Numbered from the stretch's first letter, positions 37,901 to 50,710 are shown. The stretch is DNA of 64,000 bases from Callorhinchus milii (GCF_018977255.1 NW_024704742.1:92444001-92508000), one strand, 5' to 3'. Translations and numbers: made by a program. The notes: generated by a model not told the origin, from the letters alone.

Positions 37901-38762
37901 ATAAATTGCATTCGTCAATTAATATACCGATATAAGCATCAGTTCAATCAAAACTGTAATATTTTAACACAGTGCAAATTAACAGTAAAATCCAAAAGTA
38001 TTGAAAATGATATATCTGCAACTTTGCGACTTTGAATTACATACTTCTAAATAAATAATTGGTCATTCACTTTATGACTGCCTGTGGGGCTTTGCTTTGC
38101 ACTGCCACTTTCTCCTAGGAATACTTTCATTCCATTTCACAGTAAATCCTGTGAAGCTCCCAAAGTGAAAGGCACTGCACCAAATGCAAGGATTATTATT
38201 AATAATAACAATAATAAGAGCCACAGCAATTATTTTGAAAGATTTCAAATAACACCGAGTAATAACTGGGATATGATGGGCAAACATAACAAGAAGGGTA
38301 GAAAATGCTCCAGATATATAATCATGTGAGTCACCACACAGTTCATGTAAATACCTGCTTTACCATGTTGATCATGCAGCCCATTGTGAAAGGATAATTC
38401 CAAATGAATACTTTGGAAAGTGGTTGAGAAAGTTAGAACTGTCACACACAAAGAAAATGAATAACAACTCAAGTAGGTTATTATCTTAACTGCAGTAAAT
38501 CATTTAATGAATGGCACGTTGATTCCGGCAACACAACTTCACTGCAGTGCCTCTTTCATGCAATATTAATCATTTTATATTTTTGTGAATTATTTTCTGG
38601 AAAAGTCAAATACATTGATTTATATTCCAAGTGAATGCAGCATTTCATTGACATAAAGAGAATAGTTTCTAAACATTAGAAAATGCAACTGAAAAAGCAG
38701 TGGTTTGTTTTTCTTATAGGGGCAAAGAAATGGTTCAGATGAGCTTTTACTCTTTCTATCCT

Positions 38763-38933
38763 TTATTGGTCCAGTTGTTCCAGTTTAGCTAGTCTTTGTT
38801 CAAGGATTTTAAAGTTGACTCTGTGCATCATTAGAAATTGTCCATTCAAGTGAAAGACAGGTATGTCACACTTGTACCTGTCAAACCACACAGAATTCTC
38901 AGGCAGACTGATATCCACTTCTTGTAGGACGAA
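38763..38933 (-). CDS. C5orf63: C5orf63 last coding exon
   Basis: minus strand: ctgatttgcag|TTC...CAA TAA; 171 nt. Confidence 0.94.
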   Translation of the reverse strand, partial: FVLQEVDISLPENSVWFDRYKCDIPVFHLNGQFLMMHRVNFKILEQRLAKLEQLDQ

Positions 38934-41900
38934 CTGCAAATCAGATAAAAAATAATACGTATTTGATACAACCCTTTATCAGGTCATTGAATACAGCATC
39001 TCAAAGTGATTCACAGGCTTTATTGTAATGTGCAGCGACTGGGAACTTGTAGGCAAACCAAATAATCCAAAACAATACATGAAATTAAATAAAGTCTCAT
39101 TTATGGTATTTCTTAAAGGGATTCCTTAATAAGAAATCCTGTAAGCAATCCTGATAGAATTCCTGTCAAGTCTTTGGGAACTCCACTCTCAAAGTAGATT
39201 GCGTTGAAGCAGAGAGGCACTAGATTATGTTTAACACAACCCCAATTTCTGCAACTCAGATTTCTTATTAAGGAACGATTTGAGAAATAACGCAAAGTAG
39301 ACCCCAATTTCTCGAAAATCACTCATGATAACTGTCACTGATGATGAATCTAAGAGACAAAACTAAGAAGTCCCAAAGCTGTGAGTTTTGTGAATGTCTT
39401 TCTTATGATTAAAGACCAGAACTCACTATAGTTAATGAGGTATTCCCTTTATTCCATAGTTTTCAGTCATTACTGTGGCTGTTATGTGGGGCCTTGATGG
39501 AATTTAAAGCTGGGGTACACTAATAGGTGGACATAAGAACACTTTAACAGTTAAAAATGCTGTTTGTCGCTGTCAATCTATCATAATGTTTTCTGCAATG
39601 GAGATTGAGATGGCAAGAGAACAAGATTTGTTTGGTTGAAGAAGGCCCTTCGATGTATCTGCTCGCATCCCTCCAGTACACCCACCCTACCGTTAACCCC
39701 CACCCACCACCCCCAGCACTGCATCAAGCTGCTTTTCGATTGAATCTATTGAACTGGCCTCTACCACCTTTCCTGACAACCTATTCCAGTTGTTTTTTAC
39801 CCTTTGTGTAAAGAGTATGAAGGTGGTTTATAACTAACAAAGCTGATCTGTGTTTCTGGTTCCCTGTTCCTCAACAATCAAAGCGTTGATACTCATGAGC
39901 AAACACTGAATATCAGTGGCACAATGACATCAACTCCATGTCCCTGATAGTGATCTACATTATGATGACGTATATAATTATAAGCTTCTGGAGGTCGAGC
40001 CACACGATCTCAACCGCAACTGGGACTGGAACCGCTCTCCTCCAGCAATCAGACACGCCTTGACTCACAAGTGACCATCAGACCAATTGCCGGTGACCTC
40101 CCTGGGGAGAGAGATGGGGGGGGAGGGGGGGGGGGGGAGAAGAGGACACTGATGACATTCCCGCTGCCTTGTAGAAGGTAGTGATTAGGGATGATGCATT
40201 TATTCACACTTATATAAATGGTCACAGGGAAAATGATTCAATAAACCAAATCATTTAATTACCCGACATTCAATTAACCAAATTTCACTGTATAGTAAAC
40301 ATCAGTCTATTCTGGACCACAGATCTGGTATTTGGAGCATACACAGGGCTACATAATAATAATCCTTGCAATTGATATAGCACCTTATCACAACTTCAAG
40401 ACGTCTCAAATCGCTTCACAGAATATACTGTAAAGTGAATTGACTGTATATTTTGTGGGCGAATCCCGGCAGCCAATTGTGCACAGCAGTGTCCCCCAAA
40501 CAGTCATGGATTGAGTAACCAAATTATTCCCCGCAGAAAAACAATCCGGCAATCGACTAACAACTGAGTTCATACTTATTGCTAGGTAAACAGAGGCGTG
40601 TGGAGTAAAGAACTCACATCCTCTTGCTTGCGAGGCGTAGTCGCCTCTAACCACTAAGCTACAGGATTTTGTATCGCCACTATACATGAACACAATCAAA
40701 TATACAGGAATTAATGAATGATTTTCAAATGCCCATATCTAACTATTAGCCTGAACGATGATATAGAATTATGATTTGAATCTGATGTTTCACAAAGTTT
40801 ACAAAATTTTGTAAAACTTTGCTGCTTTTATAAATTAGTTCACCATTTATGTTAATTACTTCTTATAATTTTGGTTACTGGCAAGATATGATCTGTTGGT
40901 TTTATTGATTAAAAATAATCTAGAGATTTAAAAAAAATGCTTTGCAGATTTCCCAAAAACTTTGAAGATTTCCCGCAGATTTCCACTAATCCATCTGAAC
41001 TGCATCTTCAAAAATGCCAATGTACAGGGAAAGATTAGCTATTTATTGTGTGGACACATAGAATAGTTAACCCGATGTGCACAATTCTGCACATATATCT
41101 GTTACTGCTGTCTTTATCACAAAAAAAGGACTTCTTTTTTTTCCCGAATCCAATAGAGAAGTTCACCAAATGCAAACAATGGCCAAGTGTTTGAAAACTA
41201 AAAATATTCTGTGAAGTGATGGATTGACAAAAGAGATAAGTTAAAAAAAAATGGTCACTCAATCCACCACTGTTTGTGAGACATTGCTGTGTGCAATTGG
41301 CTGCTGCAGTTCATCCAGAAAATACACAGTCAATCTCTTTACAATATATCCTGTGAAGCGCTTTGAGACGTGCCAACGATGTGATAAGGCGCTATTTCAA
41401 ATGCAAGGATTATTATTATGCAAATTTTAGTCTTCTGGAGACATTAATATTTTCCGAAGATTGAATCACAATGAGAAAACAAACTGTTACAATTAAAAAT
41501 AAAGCAGCAAGGGCGATACATTCCTCCTGGCTCTAGATTTTATTCTATTTAGGTAACATATTAGAGCGTCCAGAATTTGGCAAATTCCTGAATAGAGCTG
41601 TAATTTTGAAAACAATTTCTTAAGTTCTTTTAGGAAGGTTTACTGTAACCCAGTTCAAAGCGAAGGCTGAATTTAGCAATCTGCTAAATTCCGGATGCTT
41701 CAAAACGCTACCCAAATAGGATAAGTCTAGACCCAGGTGGAATGTATCCCTGCAGATTGCAGCAGCTTACAGTATCATAAACTTTTTATTTCTTACTCAA
41801 TATTTGTTCACTGAATTTCATACCCTGCATTTATATGGCTCCAAAGTCTCTTTTGCTTCTTCACAAAGTGGACAAGGATCCTGGAATTAAAAAAAAAGAC

Positions 41901-42286
41901 TGAGTATTTTTTCACAACTATTCAACCTTTTGCATTATTCTGCAAATGTTATAACTAAAATTGTATTTTTCAAAATAATGCATTTGTCTACATTTCTATA
42001 ACATTCTTTCATGTTGATTATGCCATAGTTGATGTGTTCTCTAGTACACCGTTGCAAAAAGTTAACAGAGGGTTGAAACACAGTTTATTGTCTAAAATGT
42101 GCCAGATCTAGAAATTGAGTGAAAGGCGCTCTATAAATGTAATTTTGCTGTTGTTGTTGTTGTCTGTACCTTGGTAAACAATGTTAAAACTGGCAGATTC
42201 CTCTTCTGCGAAAACATTCTTCTTAGAAAATGTTCTGCCATAGACTTGGTTGATAGCCCGAGGTTTGAATAACAAAGCCGATACAT
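38763..42286 (-). CDS. C5orf63: Glutaredoxin-like protein, C5orf63/YDR286C family, 114 aa; complement(join(38763..38933,41824..41880,42170..42286))
   Basis: Three phase-0 GT-AG exons translate to [129 protein letters not shown] and [17 protein letters not shown] are recognisable C5orf63 motifs. Confidence 0.93.
40353..40667 (-). mobile_element. SINE, longer variant
   Basis: Same tail and core plus the segment gctaggtaaacagaggcgtgtggagtaa. Confidence 0.85.
41250..41420 (+). mobile_element. SINE 3' half
   Basis: Core plus tail. Confidence 0.8.
41511..41750. repeat. Long imperfect inverted repeat (~80-bp arms), MITE-like
   Basis: gatacattcctcctggctctaga..ccagaatttggcaaatt pairs with aatctgctaaattccgg..tctagacccaggtggaatgtatc. 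Confidence 0.8.
41824..41880 (-). CDS. C5orf63: C5orf63 second coding exon ([19 protein letters not shown]), carries the CxxC
   Basis: minus strand: ttttaattccag|GAT...AGG|gtatga; 57 nt. Confidence 0.94.
42170..42286 (-). CDS. C5orf63: C5orf63 first coding exon (exon begins at 42299; ATG at 42286)
   Basis: minus strand: catttcag|tggcagcacaacaATG...ACCAAG|gtacag; 39 codons; basic N-terminus resembling a mitochondrial presequence. Confidence 0.9.
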
Positions 42287-42649
42287 TGTTGTGCTGCCAC
42301 TGAAATGGATTAAAATTTAAATGGATTATATGTTGATGAGAAGATATACAACTTGCATTTATATAGCGCTCTTCACACGAAGTAGCATCTCGGAGAGCTT
42401 AACAGTAACTTATGATTATTACAGCAAACTTCTGTTAGAGTTACTACCATCTTCCTGGTCTAACCTATCTCTGCAATTGCCTCTAGCCCCATTCTCCTCA
42501 CTCATTCAACTATGGCCTGTTGCTCAACCCTCGCCTTTTCTGTCCCACCATCGATCCCACCACCATGTAGAATGCTGTGCCCAAATCCCTTCTCCATGCA
42601 TCCTCTCTCCCTGCTTTCAAACCTCCTAAAAACTCCTTTTTGTCTTCAT

Positions 42650-42936
42650 GGAGCCCTGTAGCTCAGCGAGAGACCTAGGTTTGATTCCCGGCAGGGTGAA
42701 ACCTTGGTTACGTTTCCTTACTGCACACGTCTGATAATAATCCCTCAAGAAAAGAAACAATAATAAATTGGTCACTTCAATCCACGACTGTTTGTGGGAC
42801 ACTGCTGTGCGCAATTGGCTGCTGCGTTTCGCCCACAAAATATAGTCAATCCACTTTACAGTATATTCTGTGAAGCACTTTGAGATGTCTAGAAGATGTG
42901 AAAAACGCTATATCAAATGCAAGGACTATTATTATT
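42650..42936 (+). mobile_element. SINE with internal deletion in the tRNA head
   Basis: Same core and tail as 48971-49288. Confidence 0.85.
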
Positions 42937-43609
42937 GTTTGACTGTGTCGTTGCTTAACAACCTCAACCCCTCCGCACCCACTTTCCACCTTCCTTGATT
43001 TTTAGTTTCTATAATTCATAGAGCACAGAAGGAGGCCATTCAGTCCATCGTGCCTGTGCCACCTCTTTGAAAGAGCTACCAATTAATCCCACTTCCCCCC
43101 TCTTTCCCCATACTTTTGCCAATTTTTCCTTTTCAATTAGATAGAAGGAATAAAGAAGGAATGAGAAAAGGCAAGTCACTTCAATTCTTCTCACAACACA
43201 ATCTGCATCCACATACAGTACTATATTTGAAATACTTTCCCAACCTCACAGGAAGAGTCTCTTTTGAGACACTTGCTCTGTGGCTTGTGATAAACAGAAG
43301 CTCTCTTTAGTTTTTTTTTAACAGTGATGATATCACCGGAGTAAAACCCTCAGTTCTCAATAAAACAGAAATGTAATATTCTAAAATGAAGCGTCAGAAT
43401 CAAGTAAACCCTCTGTGGCGGACCAGGTAGTCTTGTTCCAGAGTCAGGTGTGTCCGCAGTATTCCAGGGCACAATATCTTTCTTGTAGTATGTTGACCAG
43501 AACTGCGCATAGTACTCCAAATGTGGTCAACCAAGATTTTATGCTTAAAGGAATCCAAACCATGGTGATAGGTTTCTGCCTGCGTCAGACATACTTAACT
43601 ATTCCAATG

Positions 43610-44107
43610 CCCTCCTCTCCGGTCTCCAGCTCCACCATTCATAAAATCCAGGCAATTCAAAACTCTGCTGCGCCAAACTCCGCACCCCCAACACTTCAGT
43701 GACGCTGCACCCTGCTCATCCAGGCCTCGATGGAGCCAGGCTTCACTTGCTCCCTATTGCATAAAAGGTTGATTTCAAGATACTCGTGTACAAATCCCTT
43801 CATGCCCTGACACCTTTACCTCACCGATCATTTCACTACCCACTGCCTTCACTAAACTGGCCTCCTGCATGTTCCTTGTCCCCTCCGCTACACCGTCACT
43901 GGCTACGCTTTCAACCACTGCGCCCTGAAACTATGGAACTCTCTGCCTCAATCCCTCCATCTTGTCCCCTCGTTAATCATCTTCAAATCGCAGCTGAAGA
44001 TCTTAGTCTTCAACCGTGCTTTCGGTCTCCCTTCCTCCCTCTCCCAGGTTTGGTGTCAAGGTTTGGCGCTCTGAGAAGAGTACTTTATAAATTCAAGTTG
44101 TTGTTGT
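43610..44107 (+). mobile_element. Degraded LINE2 3' fragment
   Basis: IHKIQAIQNSAA, YKSLHAL; tail ataaattcaag(TTG)n. Confidence 0.7.
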
Positions 44108-44399
44108 TCTGTCACCTGTCCTCCCTTTCTGCATCTATTTTACAGTCCTTGTACCAGCCTGTCCAGCTCGGACCACCCTTCCTATCAGCGCTCTGGCTTG
44201 CAGGGTTAACAGGGGCTGAGCGGGATGACTCTCAGCCCCCAGTGACTGCTCTGCCTTCCAGGTCGTGTTGATGTGCCAGGCTGTGCTGTGCTGTGCTGTG
44301 CTGCCATCAGCAGCGCCCTGGAAAACCGCAGACCCGCCTGGCTCAGGATCCAGGCTGGAGACCCCCACAGAGGGTTGGCTTGATTCCGGCATTCCTTTG

Positions 44400-45040
44400 C
44401 CAGGCACGTCAGCTTGGAGCCAGTTCAGAGTTCAGCGTTCAGCCCGGAGGCGGCGCGGCGCGGCGGCGCTCCCCGGGGACAGCAGTCAGGGGTTTAGATT
44501 TCAGGGCCAACATAGACAAACTTGATGAGCGGCAGATGTTTGCTTAAAGCAGCCACAGACAGACCCGCAATTCCCGGTCAAACGCGGCAGCTCCTGTTCC
44601 TCACCACCTCTGCAACAGTGCAGCCCAGTGCCCCGGCACCAGGCCTCACACCCTCCAGCTGTCAATCACCGCCGGCCTCGCTCCTCATAGGTCAGCGCTG
44701 CTGTCAATCACCGCCGGCCTCGCTTCTCATAGGTTAGCGCTGCTGTCAATCACCGCCGGCCTCGCTCCTCATAGGTCAGCGTTGCTGTCAATCACCGCCA
44801 GCCTCGCTCCTCATAGGTCAGCCACTGCTGTCAATCACCGCCAGCCTCGCTCCTCATAGGTCAGCGCTGCTGTCAATCACCGCCAGCCTCGCTCCTCATA
44901 GGTCAGCGCTGCTGTCAATCACCGCCAGCCTCGCTCCTCATAGGTCAGCGCTGCTGTCACTATCCCTCCCTCCTGCAGTGTGTTGGTCGAGGACATTGGG
45001 CGATCACTGACTGGCGCAACGCCCCCACCTGGTCTTCTGT
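44400..45040 (-). promoter_or_regulatory. GC/CpG-rich promoter and probable non-coding exon 1 of C5orf63 (candidate donor GTG|gtgagg, exon ending 44605)
   Basis: The clearest non-LINE CpG-dense patch in the window, ~2.3 kb upstream of the ATG-bearing exon, which itself begins at a splice acceptor. Confidence 0.6.
44659..44959. repeat. 42-bp minisatellite, 7 full copies plus a partial (CTGTCAATCACCGCCRGCCTCGCTCCTCATAGGTCAGCGCTG)
   Basis: Units start at 44659, 44701, 44743, 44785, 44828, 44870, 44912, 44954. Confidence 0.95.
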
Positions 45041-45319
45041 TGAATTACACCCCCAACTCAGCAAACTCTGACAAAAGGTTTGTGAACACAGCATTAACAC
45101 GTGTGAGTGTGTTTCCAAAAAAAATGAGACGCAAGTATTTCACAACCTGAGCAGAACTGTGGTCAGAACACTTACAAGTATCCAGTATTGCTGAGCGCTT
45201 TGAGACGCCCTCCTGACATGAAAGGCGTATGAATGTAAATTATACTCTTAAGTATGAAAACAAACCAATGCATTTAATAAGAATGGTACACGTATAAATG
45301 ACTTGTACTGGTAGTTGAA

Positions 45320-45507
45320 TAATAAATTGGTCACTTCAATCCATAACTGTTTGTGGGACACTGACTGCTGTGTACAATTGGCTGCCAGGTTTTGCCCACA
45401 AAATACACAGTCAAATCACTTTTCTAATATATTCTGTGAAGCGCTTTGAGACGTCTCAGTGTCGTGATAAGGCGCTATATCAAATGCAAGGATCATTATT
45501 ATTATAA
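45320..45507 (+). mobile_element. SINE 3' half
   Basis: Core plus tail. Confidence 0.8.
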
Positions 45508-45564
45508 TCTATTCAGAATCAAATCTAATAGGTTTTAGAAAAGTTGAAGGTGATTACCATCAAC

Positions 45565-45760
45565 TTACAAATTCAAATTCACGTTTATATAATGCCTCTC
45601 GATCCGGGAGGATGTCCCAGGGTGTGCAGTCAAGCTGGGGGTTGGGAGCTGAGGGGGTGACAAATGGTCGAAAATACGGTCAAAGAAGAAGGTCCTGAGG
45701 CAGCCCTTGAAGGAGGCGAGGGAAGCGAGGAGACGAAGGGACTGCGGGATGGGATTTTGT
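45565..45760 (-). mobile_element. LINE2 3' fragment
   Basis: IPQSLRLLASLASFKGCLRTFFFD. Confidence 0.75.
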
Positions 45761-46239
45761 AGCATTTTCTGTTTTAAGTTTTGTTCTCAGAATATGGAAG
45801 CAGTTTAACATTGCTGCTCCATCAACAACAATAACTGCACTCACATTGCACCTTTCCTGTCGTTAAATGCCTCAACACGTGTCTCGGAGCTGGAGTGGGA
45901 GCTTGTGCGGGGTGGGAGATTGTGGTTCATTAGAACAGTGATTGGAGTGCGTTAAAATCGTATTTTGAATTAAATGTTTTCATTCAGTTATTCAAAAATA
46001 TAGTGTTAGCCTGGCTTAGTTGATAGCACTCTTTCTTCTGAGTCAGGTGCTGTGGGTTCAAGCCGCAGGTCTGGCTTTGATCTAATACAGTTTAGTCTGA
46101 CACCCCTATGCAGTGCCATTGGCTATCTGTTTTCATTCGGAGTATCTAACTTTTTCTCACTATAATATCAATCTGTTTCTTAAAATGACTCCAGTATTCT
46201 GGCCTCTACCAACCTCCCCGGTACATTGTGTTGGCATAT

Positions 46240-46372
46240 GGACATATTGTGGGCATATTTCGCCCACAAAATATACAGTCAATTCACTTTACAGTATATT
46301 TTGTGAAGCGCTTTGAGACGTCTCGAAGACGTGATAAGGCGCTATATCCAATGCAAGGATTATTATTATTAT
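46240..46372 (+). mobile_element. SINE 3' fragment
   Basis: Core plus tail. Confidence 0.8.
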
Positions 46373-47189
46373 TTAATTGTTATTATGATCAGGTTTCAAT
46401 CTCAGGATATAACTATCTGGTATATTAAGGACACCATAAAAAACAGAAAGCTGCATAACCGTGACATACATAACCAAATTATTTGTCTTTTAAAAAAATC
46501 TCTACCTGCTCAGTCATCCATAGATGTTAACTGCAGCTTCTTCAAACTTACAAAGAATGAATTCTCAGTACAGTTAAGGGAGAGTAATAAGAAAACTCAC
46601 TGAAAAGATTGATTCTGAAGAGCCCACTCTGTCCATCAAAGGTCCAACCTCCCTCACTTGTTCCTCCAGATAAATGCAGGAATCCATTCCACTGCAAAGA
46701 GGACTATTGTTTAAAGAGGAGGATGGAAAAAGAGGAGCAATAACTACTGTTAATATGTCTAAATATTTCCATCAAAGCTGAGTTGCAGGAGATTCAAAAA
46801 TCTAATTGTATTTCCACTTTCACTTCATTAATATTTAAACGATTCTAAACTTTCATTTCTTTTAGATTGCTGTTTGAGAGAGCAATTCCTGCCTTGCAGC
46901 ATGTCTTGGAAGACATTCATTTCAGAGGATAGATATGAAATAAATTGTTTCATATTCTCGGTTTGATTGTCCTACTGTGCAGATTGCATTATGACCTGGA
47001 TACATTTTATTAGTGCTCTACTAAGTTCTTGGGGGTAAAGTTATTAACATCCTATTTACAAAATGCTCACTCATAAATTTGCTATTTACAAATGCGTAAC
47101 TTTTCTTTATTTCAGCTATCTCTGTTTGATTGATCTCAGCTCCATCAACCTACTTTCTTGTACTTCCTCTCAGTTCCTTCTCTCGCTGT

Positions 47190-47880
47190 CTACCTGGATG
47201 AGAGCTGACTTTCTCCAGTTGAATGTCAACAAGACCGAGGCTCTCCTAATTGGCTCCTGTCAGCACCTCCACACCTCAGGCGCTGAGAGTATCACTATCC
47301 ATGGATGCACACTCCACCTTACTAAGCCAGTCTGGAACCTTGGTGTCTTGTTTGACCCTAAACTATCCTTTCTATCCCGCATCCCATGACCTCCTATGGC
47401 TTCCCCCACTTCCGCAACATCGCCCGGCTCCACCATTGCCTCACCCCTCAGGCAACCAAAACCCTCATTCATGCATTTATTACATCTAGTCAACTCCCTG
47501 CTTGTTGGCCTCCCAGCTTTTCCCTCCACAAGCCGCTAACCCCATATCAACCTGTCCACTCCCTCCGCTCAGCAGGTTCTGGCCTGCCCCACGTCCCCCG
47601 GCACCCACCATCAGCAGTCGGGCCTTCAGCTCCTCTGCCCCCTTCCTTTGGAACTCCATCCCACAGTCCCTTCATCTCGCTTCCTCCCTTGCCTCCTTCA
47701 TAAGACATTTCAAGACCCTCCTCTTTGACTGCACATTCGGCTACCCTCCTACCCCTACCCTCCCTGCCCTCCACCACCCCTGACCCCAACCTCCTGTTTG
47801 GGTCCAAATCTCTGATTGTCCAGTACCTTGGGACATCCTCCCATCATGTAAAGCACTTTACAAATGTAATTTGTTGTTGT
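47190..47880 (+). mobile_element. LINE2 3' fragment
   Basis: WMRADFLQLNVNKTEALLIG, SAPFLWNSIP; (GTT)n tail. Confidence 0.88.
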
Positions 47881-48970
47881 AGCTGGAAGTTTACTTTGTT
47901 GTCTCCTAAACCCATTCATCTACAGAAAACACAGTCACTACACAATGCAATAAATCTCGTAAAGCATTTTGAGACATCCTGACATGAAAGGTGTTATATC
48001 AAATGCAAGAATTATGATTATTATTATTAATTTATTGTGCACTTTGGTTATCTACACTGAAGCTACATTATACAAGTGCTGCTTTATTCACTGCAGAATC
48101 TTAGCTTGAACCCCAGACGTCCTTTAATCCTTTTTCCATCTCAAAAATGTTGTCTGCTTGCTCCCTTACTTCATTCTCTTGTTAAGTGCTTTGAGACGTT
48201 CGTACTATATGGCTTTTAAGATGGTGTTTTGGATGGGAAGGAACAGCTGGTTTCTGTTCTCGTGAGGAGTGGGTGGGATAGGCTTGTGTTTTTGTAAGGG
48301 ATCACAGATCACTGTAAGGCTCAGGGGAACTCACATATGTTGTATTCATTGAATTCCATAAGACTTTTGACCCAGGGTCATGTGAAGCCCTCATGAAGAA
48401 GCTGGAAGCTATCAGAGTACATGGTCAAGTGGTGCATCTTATTTGGGATGTGTACTCCAGCCAAAAGATTCATATGAAACTTGATGGAAGAATCACTGAG
48501 ACTATTCCTCTCAAAACGGGATAAGACAAAGTTCTCCAATGTCACCACATTATTCAGCATATTCACTGGCAGAAAAGTTGTCCTGTTGAGATTTGTCTGC
48601 AGAACACAACAGAATCTCGCCCATAATTTAAGGGCTATTATGGGAAGGAACAACCCTTGTTCCTTAGTGGAACACAATTTGATCTAATTCGATTAATGGG
48701 GCTCATGTACTGATGGTATTGAGAGGAATGAACTTGGTGTATGTGCTCCAGGTATTTCTGATAGAATTGTGGCATTTCTGTTTGTGGATTATATGGTGCT
48801 GCCACACACCATGTTTGGATATACTGAGCAATTAATCAACTAACACCCTAGATGTCTTTCAGGTTCCCCCTTGACAAGTTCTATTCCATCCATGGAGTAC
48901 TGTCCATGTGTTTCCATTCTTACCTCCTTTGTACGTAGTACCTTGCATTTGTTTGTGTTCAACTACATCA

Positions 48971-49288
48971 GGAGTCCTGTAGCTCAGTGGTTAGAGCACT
49001 CGCTTTGCAAGCGTGACATCTAGGTTCAATTCCAGGCAGGGTGAAACCTTGGGCAAGTTTCCTTACTCCACACACCTAATAATAATCCCTCCAAAACCAA
49101 AACAATAATAAATTGGTCATTTTTAATCCATGACTGTTTGTGGGACACTGCTGTGCGCAATTGGCTGCCGCGTTTCGTCCACAAATATACAGTCAATTCA
49201 CTTTACAGTATATTCTGTGAAGCGCTTTGAGACATCCAGAAGACGTGAAAAGCGCTATATCAAATGCAAGGATTATTATTATTATTAT
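48971..49288 (+). mobile_element. Full-length SINE
   Basis: ggagtcctgtagctcagtggttagagcac...caaatgcaagg(att)n. Confidence 0.92.
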
Positions 49289-50710
49289 TTGGCAGTTATC
49301 AGCCCATGTGTATACCTATCAAGCTCTGTTTGCAAGACCTTTGCTACTTCCTCTGATTCGACAGATCTCCTCAATTTAATGTCATTTAAGTCTCTTGCAC
49401 CATGTTTGCATATATGGGTCATTAATGTATAGAAGGAATAGGAGGGGTCCCAGTACAGACCACTGAGACACACGCTTATTAGAATTCCCATTTTGACCTA
49501 GCTTCCCTAACAAAAATCCTCTCCTTAATCAATCTGATCATTGTAATCATCTTTGCTAATGCATTAGGAGTCTTATAAATAAACCGAAGTAGACAAATAT
49601 ACTATCAATCTTTCTTGCTTGTCTAGGCAAACCAGAACGACTGGGGGTATCTTTGCCTACCTCTGTCTGGCTACAACACTCCTCATTCATTATCAAAAAT
49701 GATTAGACAGTTAAGTTAATGCAACCCTTAGATATTGAACTAATTAAAGCACAAGAATATTATCTCTAATTCTATAAACCAGTATTTATTTATCCAATTC
49801 TGAATGATCTGTTGACACAGATTGTTGACTTTCATTTTAAAACTGTGTAGTTTTAATGAAAGAGAGTCCAAATGATTCAGTGAATGTGTAGGTTAGTCAT
49901 TCTCATCAGGTACTTAAAATCAAATCAACATTCAGTTCAAAGCCTAGTTGTCTGCTTTAATTTTTTTTACATAAATTTAACACTTCAAAAAGATTAAATA
50001 AATCTATTGGATAGACAGTTAAGATAATGCACTCTCTGTGTGCATTACTGTTGCATCAATGGTGTGTGTACGTGTGTGTGAATGTGTGTAGATATGTGTG
50101 TGTGTTCCATGAATTGATTTGAAGAGAAAAATCTTATATCATGGTCTGAATCATCAATTCAACAGAGTTGAAATTTTGTGATAACTCCAAAGTAATCTTT
50201 GTACTACAGTATTCTTGTGTTGCTAACAGATGGTTTCCAGCTCCTTGGGATATCCTCCCGACGTGAAATGCGCTATACAAATGTAATTTTGATGTTTTGT
50301 TGTTGTTATGGTATGGGCCAGCAGTGCTGAACATTTGTCCCAGCACAGTTACTTGTAGTTACCTCAATGCTCCAGCTGGTGGGGTACCAGTCACATATTT
50401 CAAATGGTAGTAGTTGGAGTATCATCATAACAGTGCAACAGTGTAAATCACTGCTGTAATTTTTATCCATTCAATTGATTCTACTTAATAAAATAAGAAC
50501 AAATGCAATTATCAGCACCAGTATCCAGTCTGGAAGCCACATTATCGTTCTCCTGGATAACTTTAACTCTCACCCGCTGGTAAAAAAAATATTGAGATGA
50601 AATTCCTCCTACGCTGTGTTTAGTGACTGATGATGTGTATTTAAAATGGAAAAATCATACTTCTGTATAAGTGAATATTGACCAAGTCACCACCCTTAGC
50701 ACAAAAGGCT

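Noticed and set aside
40794..40821. 27-nt AT-rich near-palindrome
   Set aside because: Short and low-complexity; expected by chance.
44659..44959. CRISPR-like array or coding repeat (ORF 44522-44737)
   Set aside because: Plain tandem minisatellite without spacers; the ORF is a by-product.
48971..49045. tRNA-Ala(TGC) gene (also heads near 16400-16474, 50970-51043, 63240-63311)
   Set aside because: No proper acceptor stem, and each runs straight into the SINE body and tail.
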